DNA from: Heptranchias perlo
Taxonomy: Eukaryota
NCBI RefSeq assembly: GCF_035084215.1
Contig: NC_090367.1
Coordinates: forward strand, 6,758,001-6,822,000
Direction of reading: 5' to 3'
Length of the DNA: 64,000 bases
In this document: piece by piece, positions 1-14,000 of the stretch
How positions within the stretch are numbered: position 1 is the stretch's first letter
How the letters are laid out: the number at the start of each line of letters is the position of its first letter
Made by a program: the position numbers and the translations under genes
Notes under the pieces: model-generated
What the model was told of the DNA's origin: nothing
The model's database searches: none
What the model saw: the letters and a program-made list of their open reading frames with translations, nothing else

Positions 1-59
1 TGAAACTATTTCTGGGACTGAGCTCTCGCAAAACCGAGCCCAGGCGGGCCAATGGGAAA

Positions 60-895
60 TCCTCCAATGGTTGGAGTCATATCTGACACAACATGAAGAT
101 GGCCATGATTGTGGGAGGTCAATCATCGCAGCCCAAGATATTGCTGTCAGAGTTCCTCAGGGCAGCATCCTTGGCTCAACCATCTTCAGCTGCTTCATCA
201 ATGATCTCCTCTTTGTCTTAAGGTCAGGAGTGGGGCTGTTTGCTGAAGACTGTCCAGTATTCAGCTCCTTTCACAGCTCCTCTATAAATGGAGTAGCCTA
301 TAGCAGGACTTTGACAACATCCAGGCTTGGGCTGACAAGTGGCAGGTAACATTCATGCCACAAAAGTAGTGGCCATTTCTAAAAAGAAGAGGCCTAACCT
401 CTTCTCCCTGACCCTCAACAGCAACACCATCGCTAAGTCTCCTGCTATCAACATCCTGGGAGTCACCATGGATCAGAAGTTTAATTTGAACCAGCCATAA
501 TCAACACTGTGGCCACAGGGCAGGGCAGAAACTGGCTCTCTGCGACAAGTGGCTGCTGTTCCCTCAGTGTCTCTCCACCATCTACAAGGCTCAAGTAAGT
601 ATTGTGATGGAATGCTCCTCCCTTGCCTGGATGGGTGCAGCTCCACAACACTCAAGATGCTCGACACCGCCCACAGCAATGCAATCCGCTTGATCAACAC
701 CCCCACCACTGAACTCGATATCTACCTTCGTCCACTACTGCTGTTGCTACAGTATTTGCTGTTAGCAGGATGGACTACAGCAACACACTCAGTTTACTTC
801 GACAACATCTCCCTCCCCTGCAACCTTTAGCACTGAAGAACAAGAGCATTGATGTCATGGGAACACCTACCTGCAAGTTCCCCTCCAAGTTGCAC
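60..895 (+). mobile_element. Degenerate CR1/L2-superfamily LINE ORF2 (reverse transcriptase) fragment
   Basis: Translates to VPQGSILGSTIFSCFINDL..LFAED (RT motifs) with frameshifts; similar to the 17970-18800 copy. Confidence 0.85.
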
Positions 896-2239
896 TTGTC
901 AGTATATCAACAGATATTTGACAGTATACCCTAAGGCTACCTGGCAATATATCACAGGAGTATATCAGTCAATGTTCCAGAGGGCGACCCGTCAGTGCAT
1001 CGCAGAGTTAAGGATCATTAAAGTCAGTTTTTATTGCTGATTTGAAAACCCAGCTTTTTAAAATTTCTATTTTTAGCATCAAGAACTGAGAGCATATCAG
1101 GAGACTTGAATTGAGCTAAAAAAAAAGGGCAAATTACTAGAAAACCAGTAAAAAGCAATTTTTGTTTTAAAAAAATCGCTAAAACTCTAGAAAACATGCA
1201 AGAGGCTAACAAAATGACACAATTAAGCTAAGTGACAACCCATAATTATTTACATGGTTCATCATTACAGGGCTCAATCCAAAAATTCTGGCAAGCATAT
1301 TGGTTGGAAAGCAGTAAAAAAAAATAGCTTGAATGATGAAAAAGGCATGGAGACCAGTTATGTCAGATTTCCACCCCCTCCTCCCTGCAGCCTGGGATTT
1401 CCTGGGGCTTTTCCTGTTGATGTAATTGGGCTGGTGCTTGGAATAGGTGCAGGCCTAGTGTTAGGATTTAAATGAGGTGGGAGAGGGTGTTCCCGGCCTC
1501 CTGCCTGAGCTTTCCCTGTATACGTTTGCTGGACATTCCACGCAAGGGTGGCTGAGGAAGTGCAGGGCCCAGCTCCAGGACCCCCACCGACTGGGGGCAG
1601 GCTGAAAATTTATCAGGCTAGTTACAACATTTTTTTCACCCCCTCACCCCGGTCAATCTAAAGGCCTCAGGATCTTAGGGACCCAATGGTAGCCAGGGCC
1701 ATAGCTGCACACCTTGAAAGGCCTGCAGCTCACTCCCATTTCCTCCTCAATGAAAGGCCCAGCCAGAGTCCAGGTCTTCAGCTAGAGTGTGCCCATGAAC
1801 ACCTGCTTCCTTATATCCCTCAGGTACACTGCGCCTGTCAGGCACCCATAGAACAATCTACCCTAGTAACTTTAAGATTCATTCTGCTTCAGCATGGACA
1901 TCACTTAACCCTGAGCCATATATTATGCTGAATTACAGTTTTGCAAGCCAGACTCATTCAATCAAAATTAATTTTGTAAACCCCTTGAGGCCTTGATAAA
2001 AGCTCTTTATACACATTACACGGATATAATTTTCAGTGAAGAAGCATGAATAAAAATGCAAAACACCAGACATTGAAGTAAAGTCCAATCACTGCTTTGG
2101 TGCATTACACAATGTAGTGTCACATCTTCCTGGTGCCTGCAGCTTATGGCAAAAATTCACACAGTGATGGCCATTGTGTCCCCTGGTGATTAGCAACTCA
2201 GTGTGGTGTTCTTTATCCAGCAAGATAAAAGCTTATTGC

Positions 2240-2670
2240 CAGCACTGCAGTGCAGTACTGAAGGAGTGCTGCACTGTCAGAGGTGCTGCCCTTCGGGTAA
2301 GATGTTAAACTGAGGCCTGGACTGACTTCTCAGGTGGATGTAAAAGATCCCATGGCTCATTTTGAAGAAGAGCAGGGGAGTTCTCTCGCTGTCCTGGCCA
2401 ACACTTAACCAACATAAATAAAACGCTGTTTACTGGGATTAGCCTGCTGAAATTATTTAATGGCGATCGGGAGTACCCTTGTGGAAATTCACCCCCATTA
2501 TCTGGTCATCTATCTCATTGATATTTGTGGGACCTTGCCGTATGCAGATTAGCTGCCGCGTTTCCCAGCGTTACAACAGTGACTACAGTTCAAAAAGTAT
2601 TTAATTGACCGTGAAGCAATTCGAGACGACCTGGGGGTCATGAAAAGCACTTTGTAAATGCCAGTTCTTT
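2240..2670 (+). mobile_element. Deu-domain SINE (SacSINE1/AmnSINE1-like core)
   Basis: gcagtactgaaggagtgctgcactgtcagaggtg...caggtggatgtaaaagatcccatggc...gaagaagagcaggggagttctc core; about 80 bp of other sequence interrupts it near 2420-2497. Confidence 0.75.
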
Positions 2671-3202
2671 CATGTGAAACTGAGCTGCTGCAAAAGTTAG
2701 TGCCTTTAGCAAAGGAGGGAGAAAACTGATAAAAGGGAACCAAATCCAAGTGTGAATTAGGCCAATAATGAACTCTTCTGGAATTGAGTGTGTTGAAGGA
2801 GGTCGCTGGAGGTGACCTTTCCCGGTGAAGCTTGTCAGTTGCCAAGAGGCAGCTACATAATTCTGTTTATGTATTATATTCATTATAATTCTTATATTCT
2901 TTAAGCAGTGTTTAATCAGTATTACTGAAGACGCATTTATAGCAGAAATGAATTTCTCAGTTAAGATCTCAGTTCCACAGATAAAAGTACTTTAGAAACA
3001 TTGAGGCTTATTTAGATCTGACCCATGTAGCTTAATCTTTTTTGGTATCTGGAGTAAAATGAGATATAGTCAGCATTGTCACTTTATATTCATTTAACAG
3101 TCCTTGTTTAAATCAGTATGTTGAGCTGGCAATGCCCATTGGTATAGATGTGTGGGCACTAGCTGTTGTCCAAGTGAGACAACAATGTTCATTGGTTTCT
3201 TC

Positions 3203-3445
3203 TTCAGGTGAGATGTTGAACGGAGGTCCCATTTCCCTGTTCAGGTGGATGTAAAAGATCCCATAGTATTATTTGAAGAAGAGCAGGGAGTTCTCCCGAT
3301 GTCCTGGCCGTCATTCGGCCCTCAACTACCATTAAAAGAGAGACACCACCTAGTGTTGTTTGTGGGATATTGGTGTTACAGAAGAGTTGCTGTGTTTTCC
3401 TACATGACAGAAGTCACTTCACTTCGAAATGTAATTTATTTTGTG
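3203..3445 (+). mobile_element. Deu-domain SINE fragment
   Basis: tcaggtggatgtaaaagatcccatagtattatttgaagaagagcagggagttctcc core. Confidence 0.7.
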
Positions 3446-5819
3446 TAAGCACAGGCAAGATGGGCCAAATGGCCTCCTTCTGTGCTGTATCATTCTATAT
3501 ATATAATGCAATGAATGTAAGTATTATTTTCTTCTTGGTTGAGAAGCATATTATTAGCCATTGTAGAGATTTGTTACATCTGCCTGCTGTACAGATACAG
3601 CATTGATATATTCAGACTGGTACTACTTGTGTTACCAGTATTGTTATAGTTATTGATTATTAGTAGTGTTAATGGTGATGCTGTTAGCACTGCTTGCATT
3701 GTTATTACTTTTACAAGTTTGGCTCAGTGGTAGTATTCTTGTCTCTGAGTTAGAAGTTTGAGGGTTAAAGACCACACCAGCACATGAAGGCTAAGGAGTC
3801 CCAAGTTTTGAGGTCCGGGGAATGAATTAGATTAGCAGATAGTGTGATTTGATTTGAACACTGTAAGGATATGGGGAGGAGAAAGATTGTGTAAGGAGAG
3901 GTATTTGGAGTTTAGAACAAACAGGGAAGTTCAGAAGAGCAATGACAGTAAACTAGAGAAAGGCAAAGAAAGAGATGGAGAAGGAAAGAATTGAGAGAAA
4001 ATCATGTGTTCAATGTAACATGTTCAGGAATACACAAGAGCCTCCTTTGTTACCTCTCTGTTATCGGTGTTAATACTGATATAATACTGACTCACTCTGT
4101 GACAGTGTATATCTTAGGTGAACTGATACTGAGTCATAAGTATGATCTGGGAGTCAGGTTCACAAATTCAATATCATAGTCAGCACCGCAATTGAAATTA
4201 CAAACATGTTAGATTTTTATATTTGGCATCTTCTTCAGTATTTGTTTTGTATAAGATTTTTTGGCTTGCAATGCCCCTATTTTTCCCCGGGATGTTCATG
4301 TCAGTTCACAGCCAATGAACAGGCCAAGCTACACGTGCCCCCAGTATCCTGGGTTTATCCTAATGCTATACAACTTTATTGTACCAGTGCCTTTGCCTTG
4401 ATGTATAGAAGCTTCGGATGTGTATCAACACGAAACCCTAAAGGCCATGGAGGTGCACGCTCAGCAGGTTCAGCCTGCAACTGGCATTGTGCTGGGCATG
4501 GAAAAAATATGAGGTATTGTGCCAATGGGCTGGCACTATGCAGGTATGTCAAGGAAGAGCTGGCATTGTTGCTGCCACTGCTATGCCCATAGAATACTAC
4601 ATATTCAAGCAGGTTAACGTAGTTGGGCTGGCATTGTCTAGTTCTCCCTTGGAACGTTGCGATATAATTTAATTTAACAGTTAGATATGTATTGTAATTG
4701 TGTTACAGTAGGACCCAATGAATGAAACAAATCAATACAGTCTGCTTCTAGTATAGCAAGTCATTGTTAAATAATAGCAGGTTGTAAAAACAGAACCATT
4801 TTACATAATTGTGGATATTAGTCATTCCTGCTTCATTGCTGTCCAGGCAACACATTTACCCAGTTTACAGCCAGAGTTGCACACTTACAAATCAATGTTG
4901 GCTGATAAACAGATTTGCAGATATCCAGCTTGGCCTTTTTCAAGATGCAGGGTAATATAAAGCATCATATAATGAATAGGCTTTTCGACACACAGTGCAG
5001 TGTGGTGCCTGTACTCACTGACCTGAATGAGCTCCACATCGTTTCAACATGAAGAAGCATCATTTAACATGGAGCACATGTAATGTGTTTGTTTGGGAGT
5101 AGGCCTAACTGTTAGTGCCTCGGAGGGCATTAACCCATCGTATGCTGTGTGGGGTTGCTTAACAACCCAAAGCATGCATTCCATAACTTTTCAACACAAG
5201 ATGGCATGAGGTGGCATCATGATCCCACATGGGTGACTGTCCTGTCCATCTAAAGTGATTGAAAACATGGATAGAGTTCATTTGGGTGGCACTCTAATGG
5301 TTTAATGCCTAACCTTTCTTCTCTTGTCACTTGTGTGCTGATAAGGAAGATTCAAATGTCCCAGAAAGAGATGGTGAAGCAGAAGGTAACTTCGAAGAAG
5401 TAGAAGATCCTGAATTCCGTGCTGAAACTCCTTCTGACATTTTGAAGCCAGGTGATGCAGACAGGCTTGGTGACTATTAAAGCTGACATCAAGTCCATCT
5501 GTGATGGTTGAAGCGTTTCTTCTCATGTAACATCTTGGAGAAGATATACAAATGCACAAATCAATAAGTTAACTTTTGACTCTTAACTATTATTTAGAGT
5601 CTCTCGACTTCATGCTGACTTTCTCTCACCAGCTCTTCCAGTTCTTGGGATACAACTGAAGCCACTAAAGGATCCCATACAATAATCCCTATTGAAAGGT
5701 TTAGCAAAAGTTATGTTTGGTCTTTAAGGCTTGAAAGGTTGAGAATACCAACATGTCACTCACAGTCCAACCAATTTGGTTGTAAAAGATGGATTGCTGT
5801 CGGTGTGGATCATGAACAT

Positions 5820-5990
5820 TGTACACACATGTACAGACACACATATACACATGCACACACACTCACACATAAGCACTTACACACATTCATGCTTCCTATG
5901 TACACAATACACACATATCCTACCTGCACAATGAGGAGATACACACAATGTGACTCATACATATGTATATGTAGATGTGTATACACAGAT
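5820..5990. repeat. Degenerate (CA)n/(TA)n microsatellite
   Basis: Runs of acacac, catac and tatgt. Confidence 0.7.
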
Positions 5991-6248
5991 TGGCTACTAC
6001 AAAATAAAGTAGTTTAAAAAAATTCATACAGCGCTGTAACATTGAGATTAAGGGGTAAAAGAAAAGGAAAAAATGATGTTTAGCTGATTTTTTTTCTCCA
6101 GAACTCCCCTTTAAAAATGAAACTATCACTTTCCTTTCTGTGATTTGTGTTTTTTCTTGCACTGGCCTGTGCATGATCTTTCAACAGCTGAATGAATGAG
6201 GATTGACTCTAAAAGGCTTGCGAGGTCATTCCTTGCATGGCTGCTGCC

Positions 6249-6261
6249 GTTGCTAGGTAAC
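6249..6261. promoter_or_regulatory. RFX X-box motif GTTGCTAGGTAAC
   Basis: Fits the GTNRCY-N(0-3)-RGYAAC X-box consensus; function not shown. Confidence 0.4.
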
Positions 6262-7209
6262 CTAGGAATGCATTACCTTCCTTAACCAGTTACCAAATGA
6301 ACTAAACCTATTACTAATACAATTAACAAAACTGTGGTAATGAAGTACTAATGCCATTTTTGTGTCTGATTATTATTTTTTTTCTTTAAAACTCTCGCAA
6401 TTAAACTAATACTCTCTGCAAGAACCAAACCAGAACCAGCTTAGCATACAGACTGTCACCCAGTGTTGTGAACCTTTTAGCATTTCCCTAGCTAGGAGTC
6501 TCTTTTCTTTCAAATACAGTGAAGCCTGTGTCACCAAGAGAGGTTGCTCAGCTGTTTGTAATACATAAATCTAACAATGCTTCCTCAAAGTGGACGGCCA
6601 ACAAATTATGATGTCAAGACTATCTTTGCAGAAAAACATCGCGTAGAAGTGGTTCCTTATGTTTATACCATTATATGTTTATAAAACCATTATTCTGTCT
6701 TTTAGGTGATGGGCTTCAGCTGTAACTTTGAAAATACCATGCAAATAGCTTTTTAAAGATATATCTAATGAGGCATGATAGAGTCAATAAGCCAAAGAAC
6801 CAAATTAGAAGCCAGAGCAATGGGGCAAACAACTGCTTTTCACAGTTGATAATGTAGAACATTGTTGGCCTCCAGGATAGACAAGCAGGGATTTTCAAAG
6901 GGCAAAGGTTCAGATAGGATGGTGTCACTGGACACCGGAGTGCTGGAATGCGATGTCCTGATTATTTTTAACAGCTGGTCCATTTGCTTCCAAATCATTC
7001 CTGGTAATCTGAGAAATTCTGGGCAATACCTCTCAAAAGAGGGACTGACATGTGCAAAATAGTAGCTCCAGCACTAAATTGTCAACCTGAAGCTGGTGAA
7101 TTTGAATCACAGGGCTGTCTCTCAAAATATATCTGCCTTGCTTATTGACTTTCCACAGTCCAAGCACTGTTGGATACTCAGAGATGCAGACCGCATAAAA
7201 CTGAGGTAC

Positions 7210-8098
7210 TCATAAGAACACAAGAACATAAGAAATAGGAGCAGGAGTAGGCCATATGCCCCCTCGAGCCTGCTCCGCCATTCAATCAGACCATAGCTAA
7301 TTTTCAACCTCAACTCCACTTTCCCGCCCAATCCCCATATCCCTTTTGATTCCCCCTAGAGTCCAAAAATCTATATATCTCAGCCTTGAATATATTCAAT
7401 GACTCAGCATCCACAGCCCTCTGGGGTAGAAAATTCCAAGGATTCACAACCCTCTGCATTAAGAAATTCCTCCTCATCTCAGTCTTGAATGGCTGACCCC
7501 GTATCCTGCGATTATGCCCCCTAGTTCTAGACTCTCTAGCCAGGGGAAACAACCTCTCAGCATCTACCCTGTCAAGCCCCCTCAAAATCGTATATGTTTC
7601 AATGAGATCACACCTCATTCTTTTAAACTCCACAGAGTATAGGCCCATTCTACTCAACCTCGCCTCATAGGATAGCCTTCTCATCCCAGGAATTAATTTA
7701 GTAAACCTTAGTTGCACCGCCTCCAAGGCAAGTATATCCTTCCTTAGATAAGGAGACCAAAACTGCACGCAGTACTCCAGGTGAGGTTTCATCAATGCCC
7801 TATACAACTGTAGTAAGACTTCCTTACTCTTGTACTCCAATCCCTTTGCAAAAAAGGCCAACATGCCATTTGCCTTTGTGATTGCTTGCTGTACCTGCAT
7901 ACTAACTTTTTGTGTTTCTGGTACGAGGACACCCAAGTCTCTCTGAACACCAACATTTAATAGTTTCTCACCATTTAAAAATGTTTCTGTTTTTCTATTC
8001 TTCCTACCAAAGCAAATAACCTCACATTTCCCCACATTATACTCCATCTGCCACCTTCTTGCCCGCTCACTTAACCTGTCTATATCCCTTTGCAGGCT
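7210..8098 (-). mobile_element. 5'-truncated CR1 LINE (ORF2 C-terminus, 3'UTR and microsatellite tail)
   Basis: Uninterrupted 266-aa frame with LQRDIDRL..WQMEYNVGKC..RDLGV..PHLEYCVQFWSP..RTRGH..RVVNPWNFLP; 3' tail ggcctactcctgctcctatttcttatg on the minus strand. Confidence 0.93.
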
Positions 8099-9779
8099 CC
8101 ATCTCAGCATGATGAGAAAATTTCCATAATGCAGTTTGGATTGGTAACTAATGCCTCATGTTGGCCAGTTCTGGGCACCATTGATATTGACTTTGACTAC
8201 TTCATGCCTGGAGAGCCCCACCATCTGGCTGAAGACAATTTGCAAGGATGTGCCTGAACAAGATATAAGTAGTAACCATAATTGTCCTTGTTCCAAGTGA
8301 CAAAACATGTAGACCCTCAGCCAACGGCTTTTAAATTCAACACCAACATTCATAATGGCGATGCTTTTTGTATACTCAAATATAAGTTTCCAGTTGATGG
8401 TATTTTTATTAGACTTCACAGGGGCAATTCTGCACCCTCTTGCTCTTAAGCAGTGCAGATCAGAGAACTGGCACTACAGTGTGGCAGACCTATCTCTGAC
8501 CTTTGCTTACTGCCCTTTGCAGCTTCTCGCTGGGGAGTGCAATTTCTCCTCATATCTCTTCAGCCAAGGATCTACTGTGACAACTGACCCAACCCTTACA
8601 GACAAAGCTTGAAACTCAAACTCAAACTTTGTTGGTTTGTGAAATCCATTAAGTGGATGTATCAGAATTTCATGAAACCAGCACTTCCCATAAAGTACAA
8701 AATAAGGGATATGATGAGTTGCAAGAAAGTTAAATGGAGAAGATTGCCCACTTAATTTCTTCAAATGAGCCCTTATGAGAGTGGGTCAACTACCAACATG
8801 TCTCAGTGTGTAAACTGATGATTATGAATTTCTGTTAGAGTGGAAGATAATGGGTAGTTTTAGACAAGAAAGTTGTGGGAACTGGAAATGATATAGTTTG
8901 AGTAAATAACTTTGAGCCAAAGTCATTCTTGGAGCATGATCGTGATCACGAAGTACCAAATGGAAGCAGACCTTAAGTTAAGGTGAGTTCTCTTCCTGAA
9001 ATGGTGGCACATGGAGGCACAATATTTACTTAATACATCTTTGAGTGAGGTGGGAACTGGGTACCTTAATGGCATTATTCAATCAACTTCAGGTACAGAA
9101 ACCATTGCCACTAAAACCAGTCAAATCAGAGTGGGCATTTGGTACTTGGAACTTAGAGAATTCCTTCGCTAACTTTCTGGTGGGTCACAACTGAAATTGA
9201 GTTGTCTCCTGCTGAGTACCATACACTAGGAAATCTGATGGATTGTTGTATAGATGGACAAATAAGTCACTAAACAACTTGGAAACTCATATACAAAGGA
9301 CTTAGCGTTTAAAACATATGCATCCAGTGTTGTCGAGTTTTCACAGGATCCTCGCCAATGTGTTAGAAGTAGAAATACAGAGTGGCCAAACCAATTAAGG
9401 GCCATAAATTAATTCAAGGACAATTTGCGATTAAAGCTACGACACACAGGGTTCACTGTATTTAACCATACACCGAAGAGACTTCACAAAGGGAATGCCT
9501 CAGTTGAAGCACCACTGTAGGATACAGTCCTAGTGTGTGATACCGGTTCTGTTTTGGCTCATTGCATTCCCTTGATAAACATCCGTCTTATTAGTGAAAG
9601 GAGGGGACTGGCTGGAGTTCAAGAATTGTTCTTCTATTATAATGCCAACAGATGAGATTTTTAAAAAATCAGGCCTGATGGTTTGAAGTGGGGAAAAATT
9701 GGAATTGTAACTGAATTTGAGTTCAATGACCACTTTAAATAATTTCAACAAAGGCAGTTCTAACCAATTCCAGCACTGG

Positions 9780-10085
9780 CATTCATAAATCTCAAGCAAG
9801 ATTTGAGGACAGTTGATTTGTGGAACAGGCCTTAAGAAATGATAGTTGCTCCTGAGGTCAGGTGATGCCTTTTAAAAAAGAACTGGATCAGTACCTGTAG
9901 AGAAAGAGGATTGAGCGTTACAGTGTTATTGATCGATCTGTACCATTCACGTGCGTCAGGAAGATGCATCTTGGGTGGGAGGGGGAATTTATAGATTGAG
10001 GGAGTCATACCTGGACTGTGGAAGGACCGGACTTGATAGGCAGTATGGCCTTTTCTTATTTAAAACTTTCTTTTGTGCTTGTGAT
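9780..10085 (+). mobile_element. Highly degenerate CR1-like 3' end
   Basis: ttgtggaacagg...gatgccttttaaaaaagaactggat...atggccttttctt resembles the CR1 3' ends elsewhere in the window. Confidence 0.45.
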
Positions 10086-10634
10086 GCACAATATTTACTT
10101 AATACATCTTTGAGTGAACCACTAATTTGTAACTATTTCTCTGAGCTGATAGCCAGCCCCAGTAAGTCACTGTAACTGTAGGAATCTAGCAGGGTGTGAG
10201 GGATATCGCCAATGATAACGTTCCCATGTGAAAATGCTGCCCTCGCTGGTTGTCGATAGCACAATCTGTGGTAATATCGCTTGTTGTTGCTGGAGTTCAA
10301 AAAGGCCACAGCATCTATTAGGCTGAGTAAACAATCAGCACAAAGTGATTCCTCATCAGTGTGAGAGACAGGCACAGCTGGTGTGTAGTGAAGGAGACAG
10401 ATGCTGGAACATGGCTACTTGGTGAAGAATGGCAAAGTGATCTCTTCAACAATAAACAATCCTGTGATGGAGATTGAAAACAAGAGAAGTCCATGACATT
10501 GGTTGATAGATTTTATTAATCACAGTATTGCAGTGAGTTTAATTGATGATTCAGAATATTACAGCCTATTTTTTTGCCCATTTTGATCAGCAGTTTCACA
10601 GTTGGACCTCTACTCCTTCCAATATTTATACACC

Positions 10635-10866
10635 ATGGGGTGGGACTAGAGTCAAATATAGGCCCAGATCGGGTAAGGACGGCAGGTTTCCTTCCCTAAA
10701 GGACATTAGTGAACCAGTTGGGGTTTTACAACAATCCAGCAGTTTCATGGCCACTTTTAATGAGACCAGCTTTTTGTTTCGAGATATTTTAAAACTAAAT
10801 TCTAACTCTCTGGATTATTAGTCCAGGTCTCTGGATTACTAATCTAGCAACATAACCACTATGCTA
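10635..10866 (-). mobile_element. tRNA-derived SINE fragment
   Basis: Minus strand reads tagcatagtggttatgttgctagattagtaatccagag (A-box-like head) followed by ctggttcactaatgtcctttagggaaggaaacctgccgtccttacc. Confidence 0.55.
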
Positions 10867-11065
10867 TAATATATTTTTATTAAAATAGTAAAGAACACAA
10901 TTCCAGGTCTTGGCCACAAACACATCCCTATCGCTTTTCTCAGCCTCCTTCCCACTGTTTCCAATCCTGCGAGTCCAATGCTCCCATACTCCAAGACCCA
11001 CCCTCCAGCTACTTAAGGATCTACCTGCTAAATATTCCTACACCACAAATCTCCTTTCCCCCCCC

Positions 11066-14000
11066 CTCTCAAACCCCACCACTTCTCCTCAATCCTACAC
11101 CCCCCCCCTCAAACCCCACCACTTCCCCTCACTCCTACACCCCCCTCAAACCCCACCACTTCTCCTCACTCCTACACCCCCCCTCAAACCCCACCACTTC
11201 TCCTCTATCCTACACCCCCCCCCTCAAACCCCACCACTTCCCCTCACTCCTACACCCCCCTCAAACCCCACCACTTCTCCTCACTCCTGCACCCCCCTCA
11301 AACCCCAACACTTCTCCTCAATCCTACACCCCCCTCTCAAACCCCACCACTTCTCCTCAATCCTACACCCCCCCTCAAACCCCAACACTTCTCCTCAATC
11401 CTACACCCCCCTCTCAAACCCCACCACTTCTCCTCAATCCTACACCCCCCTCTCAAACCCCACCACTTCTCCTCAATCCTACACCCCACTCAAACCCCAC
11501 CACTTCTCCTCAATCCTACACCCCCCTCTCAAACCCCACCACTTCTCCTCAATCCTACACCCCCCTCAAACCCCACCACTTCTCCTCAATCCTACACCCC
11601 CCTCAAACCCCACCACTTCTCCTCAATCCTACACCCCCCCCCCCCAAACCCCACCACTTCTCCTCAATCCTACACCCCCCCTCAAACCCCACCACTTCCC
11701 CTCACTCCTACACCCCCCTCAAACCCCAACACTTCTCCTCAATCCTACACCCCCCCCTCAAACCCCACCACTTCTCCTCACTCCTACACCCCCCTCAAAC
11801 CCCACCACTTCTCCTCACTCCTACACCCCCCTCAAACCCCAACACTTCTCCTCAATCCTACACCCCCCCCTCAAACCCCACCACTTCCCCTCACTCCTAC
11901 ACCCCCCTCAAACCCCACCACTTCCCCTCAATCCTACACCCCCCCTCAAACCCCACCACTTCCCCTCACTCCTACACCCCCCTCTCAAACCCCACCACTT
12001 CCCCTCACTCCTACACCCCCCTCAAACCCCACCACTTCTCCTCAATCCTACACCACCCCCCTCAAACCCCACCACTTCCCCTCACTCCTACACCCCCCTC
12101 TCAAACCCCACCACTTCCCCTCACTCCTACACCCCCCTCAAACCCCACCACTTCTCCTCACTCCTACACCCCCCTCAAACCCCACCACTTCTCCTCAATC
12201 CTACAGCCCCCCCCCTCAAACCCCACCACTTCCCCTCACTCCTACACCCCCCTCTCAAACCCCACCACTTCCCCTCACTCCTACACCCCCCTCAAACCCC
12301 ACCACTTCTCCTCAATCCTACACCCCCCCCCCTCAAACCCCACCACTTCTCCTCACTCCTACACCCCCCTCAAACCCCACCACTTCTCCTCAATCCTACA
12401 CCCCCCCCCTCAAACCCCACCACTTCCCCTCAATCCTACACCCCCCCCTCAAACCCCACCACTTCCCCTCACTCCTACACCCCCCTCAAACCCCACCACT
12501 TCTCCTCAATCCTACACCCCCCTCAAACCCCACCACTTCTCCTCAATCCTACACCCCCCTCAAACCCCACCACTTCTCCTCAATCCTACACCCCCCCCTC
12601 AAACCCCACCACTTCTCCTCAATCCTACACCCCCCTCAAACCCCACCACTTCCCCTCAATCCTACACCCCCCCCCTCAAACCCCACCACTTCCCCTCACT
12701 CCTACACCCCCCTCAAACCCCACCACTTCCCCTCACTCCGACACCCCCCCTCAAACCCTACCACTTCCCCTCACTCCTACACCCCCCTCAAACCCTACCA
12801 CTTCCCCTCAATCCTACACCCCCCCTCAAACCCCACCACTTCTCCTCAATCCTACACCCCACTCTCAAACCCCACCACTTCCCCTCACTCCTACACCCGC
12901 CTCAAACCCCACCACTTCCCCTCACTCCGACACCCCCCTCAAACCCTACCACTTCCCCTCAATCCTACACCCCCCCTCAAACCCCACCACTTCTCCTCAA
13001 TCCTACACCCCACTCTCAAACCCCACCACTTCCCCTCACTCCTACACCCCCCTCAAACCCCACCACTTCCCCTCACTCCGACACCCCCCCTCAAACCCTA
13101 CCACTTCCCCTCAATCCTACACTCCCCCTCAAACCCCACCACTTCCCCTCACTCCTACACCCCCCTCAAACCCCACTACTTCCCCTCAATCCTACACCCC
13201 TCTCAAACCCCACCACTTCCCCTCACTCCTACACCCCCCTCAAACCCCACTACTTCCCCTCAATCCTACACCCCTCTCAAACCCCACCACTTCCCCTCAC
13301 TCCTACACCCCCCCTTCAAACCCCACCACTTCCCCTCACTCCTACACCCCCCTCAAACCCCACCACTTCCCCTCACTCCTACACCCCCCCTCAAACCCCA
13401 CCACTTCCCCTCACTCCTACACCCCCCTCAAACCCCACCACATCCCCTCACTCCTACACCCCCCCTCAAACCCCACCACTTCCCCTCACTCCTACACCCC
13501 CCCTCAAATCCCACCACTTCCCCTCACTCCTACACCCCCCTCAAACCCCACCACTTCCCCTCACTCCTACACCCCCCCTCAAACCCCACCACTTCCCCTC
13601 ACTCCTACACCCCCCTCAAACCCCACCACATCCCCTCACTCCTACACCCCCCTCTCAAACCCCACCACTTCCCCTCACTCCTACACCCCCCTCAAACCCC
13701 ACCACTTCCCCTCACTCCTACACCCCCCTCAAACCCCACCACTTCCCCTCACTCCTACACCCCCCTCAAACCCCACCACTTCTCCTCACTCCTACACCCC
13801 CCTCAAACCCCACCACTTCTCCTCACTCCTACACCCCCCTCAAACCCCACCACTTCTCCTCAATCCTACACCCCCCCTCAAACCCCACCACTTCCCCTCA
13901 CTCCTACACCCCACTCTCAAACCCCACCACATCCCCTCACTCCTACACCCCCCCTCAAACCCCACCACATCCCCTCACTCCTACACCCCCCTCAAACCCC

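Noticed and set aside
3720-3790. tRNA-like A/B-box sequence (also at about 47640-47712 on the minus strand)
   Set aside because: No cloverleaf can be built; these match SINE heads
7310-8110. Host gene or active retrotransposon
   Set aside because: Only the CR1 ORF2 C-terminus is present; it lacks the endonuclease, the RT core and ORF1
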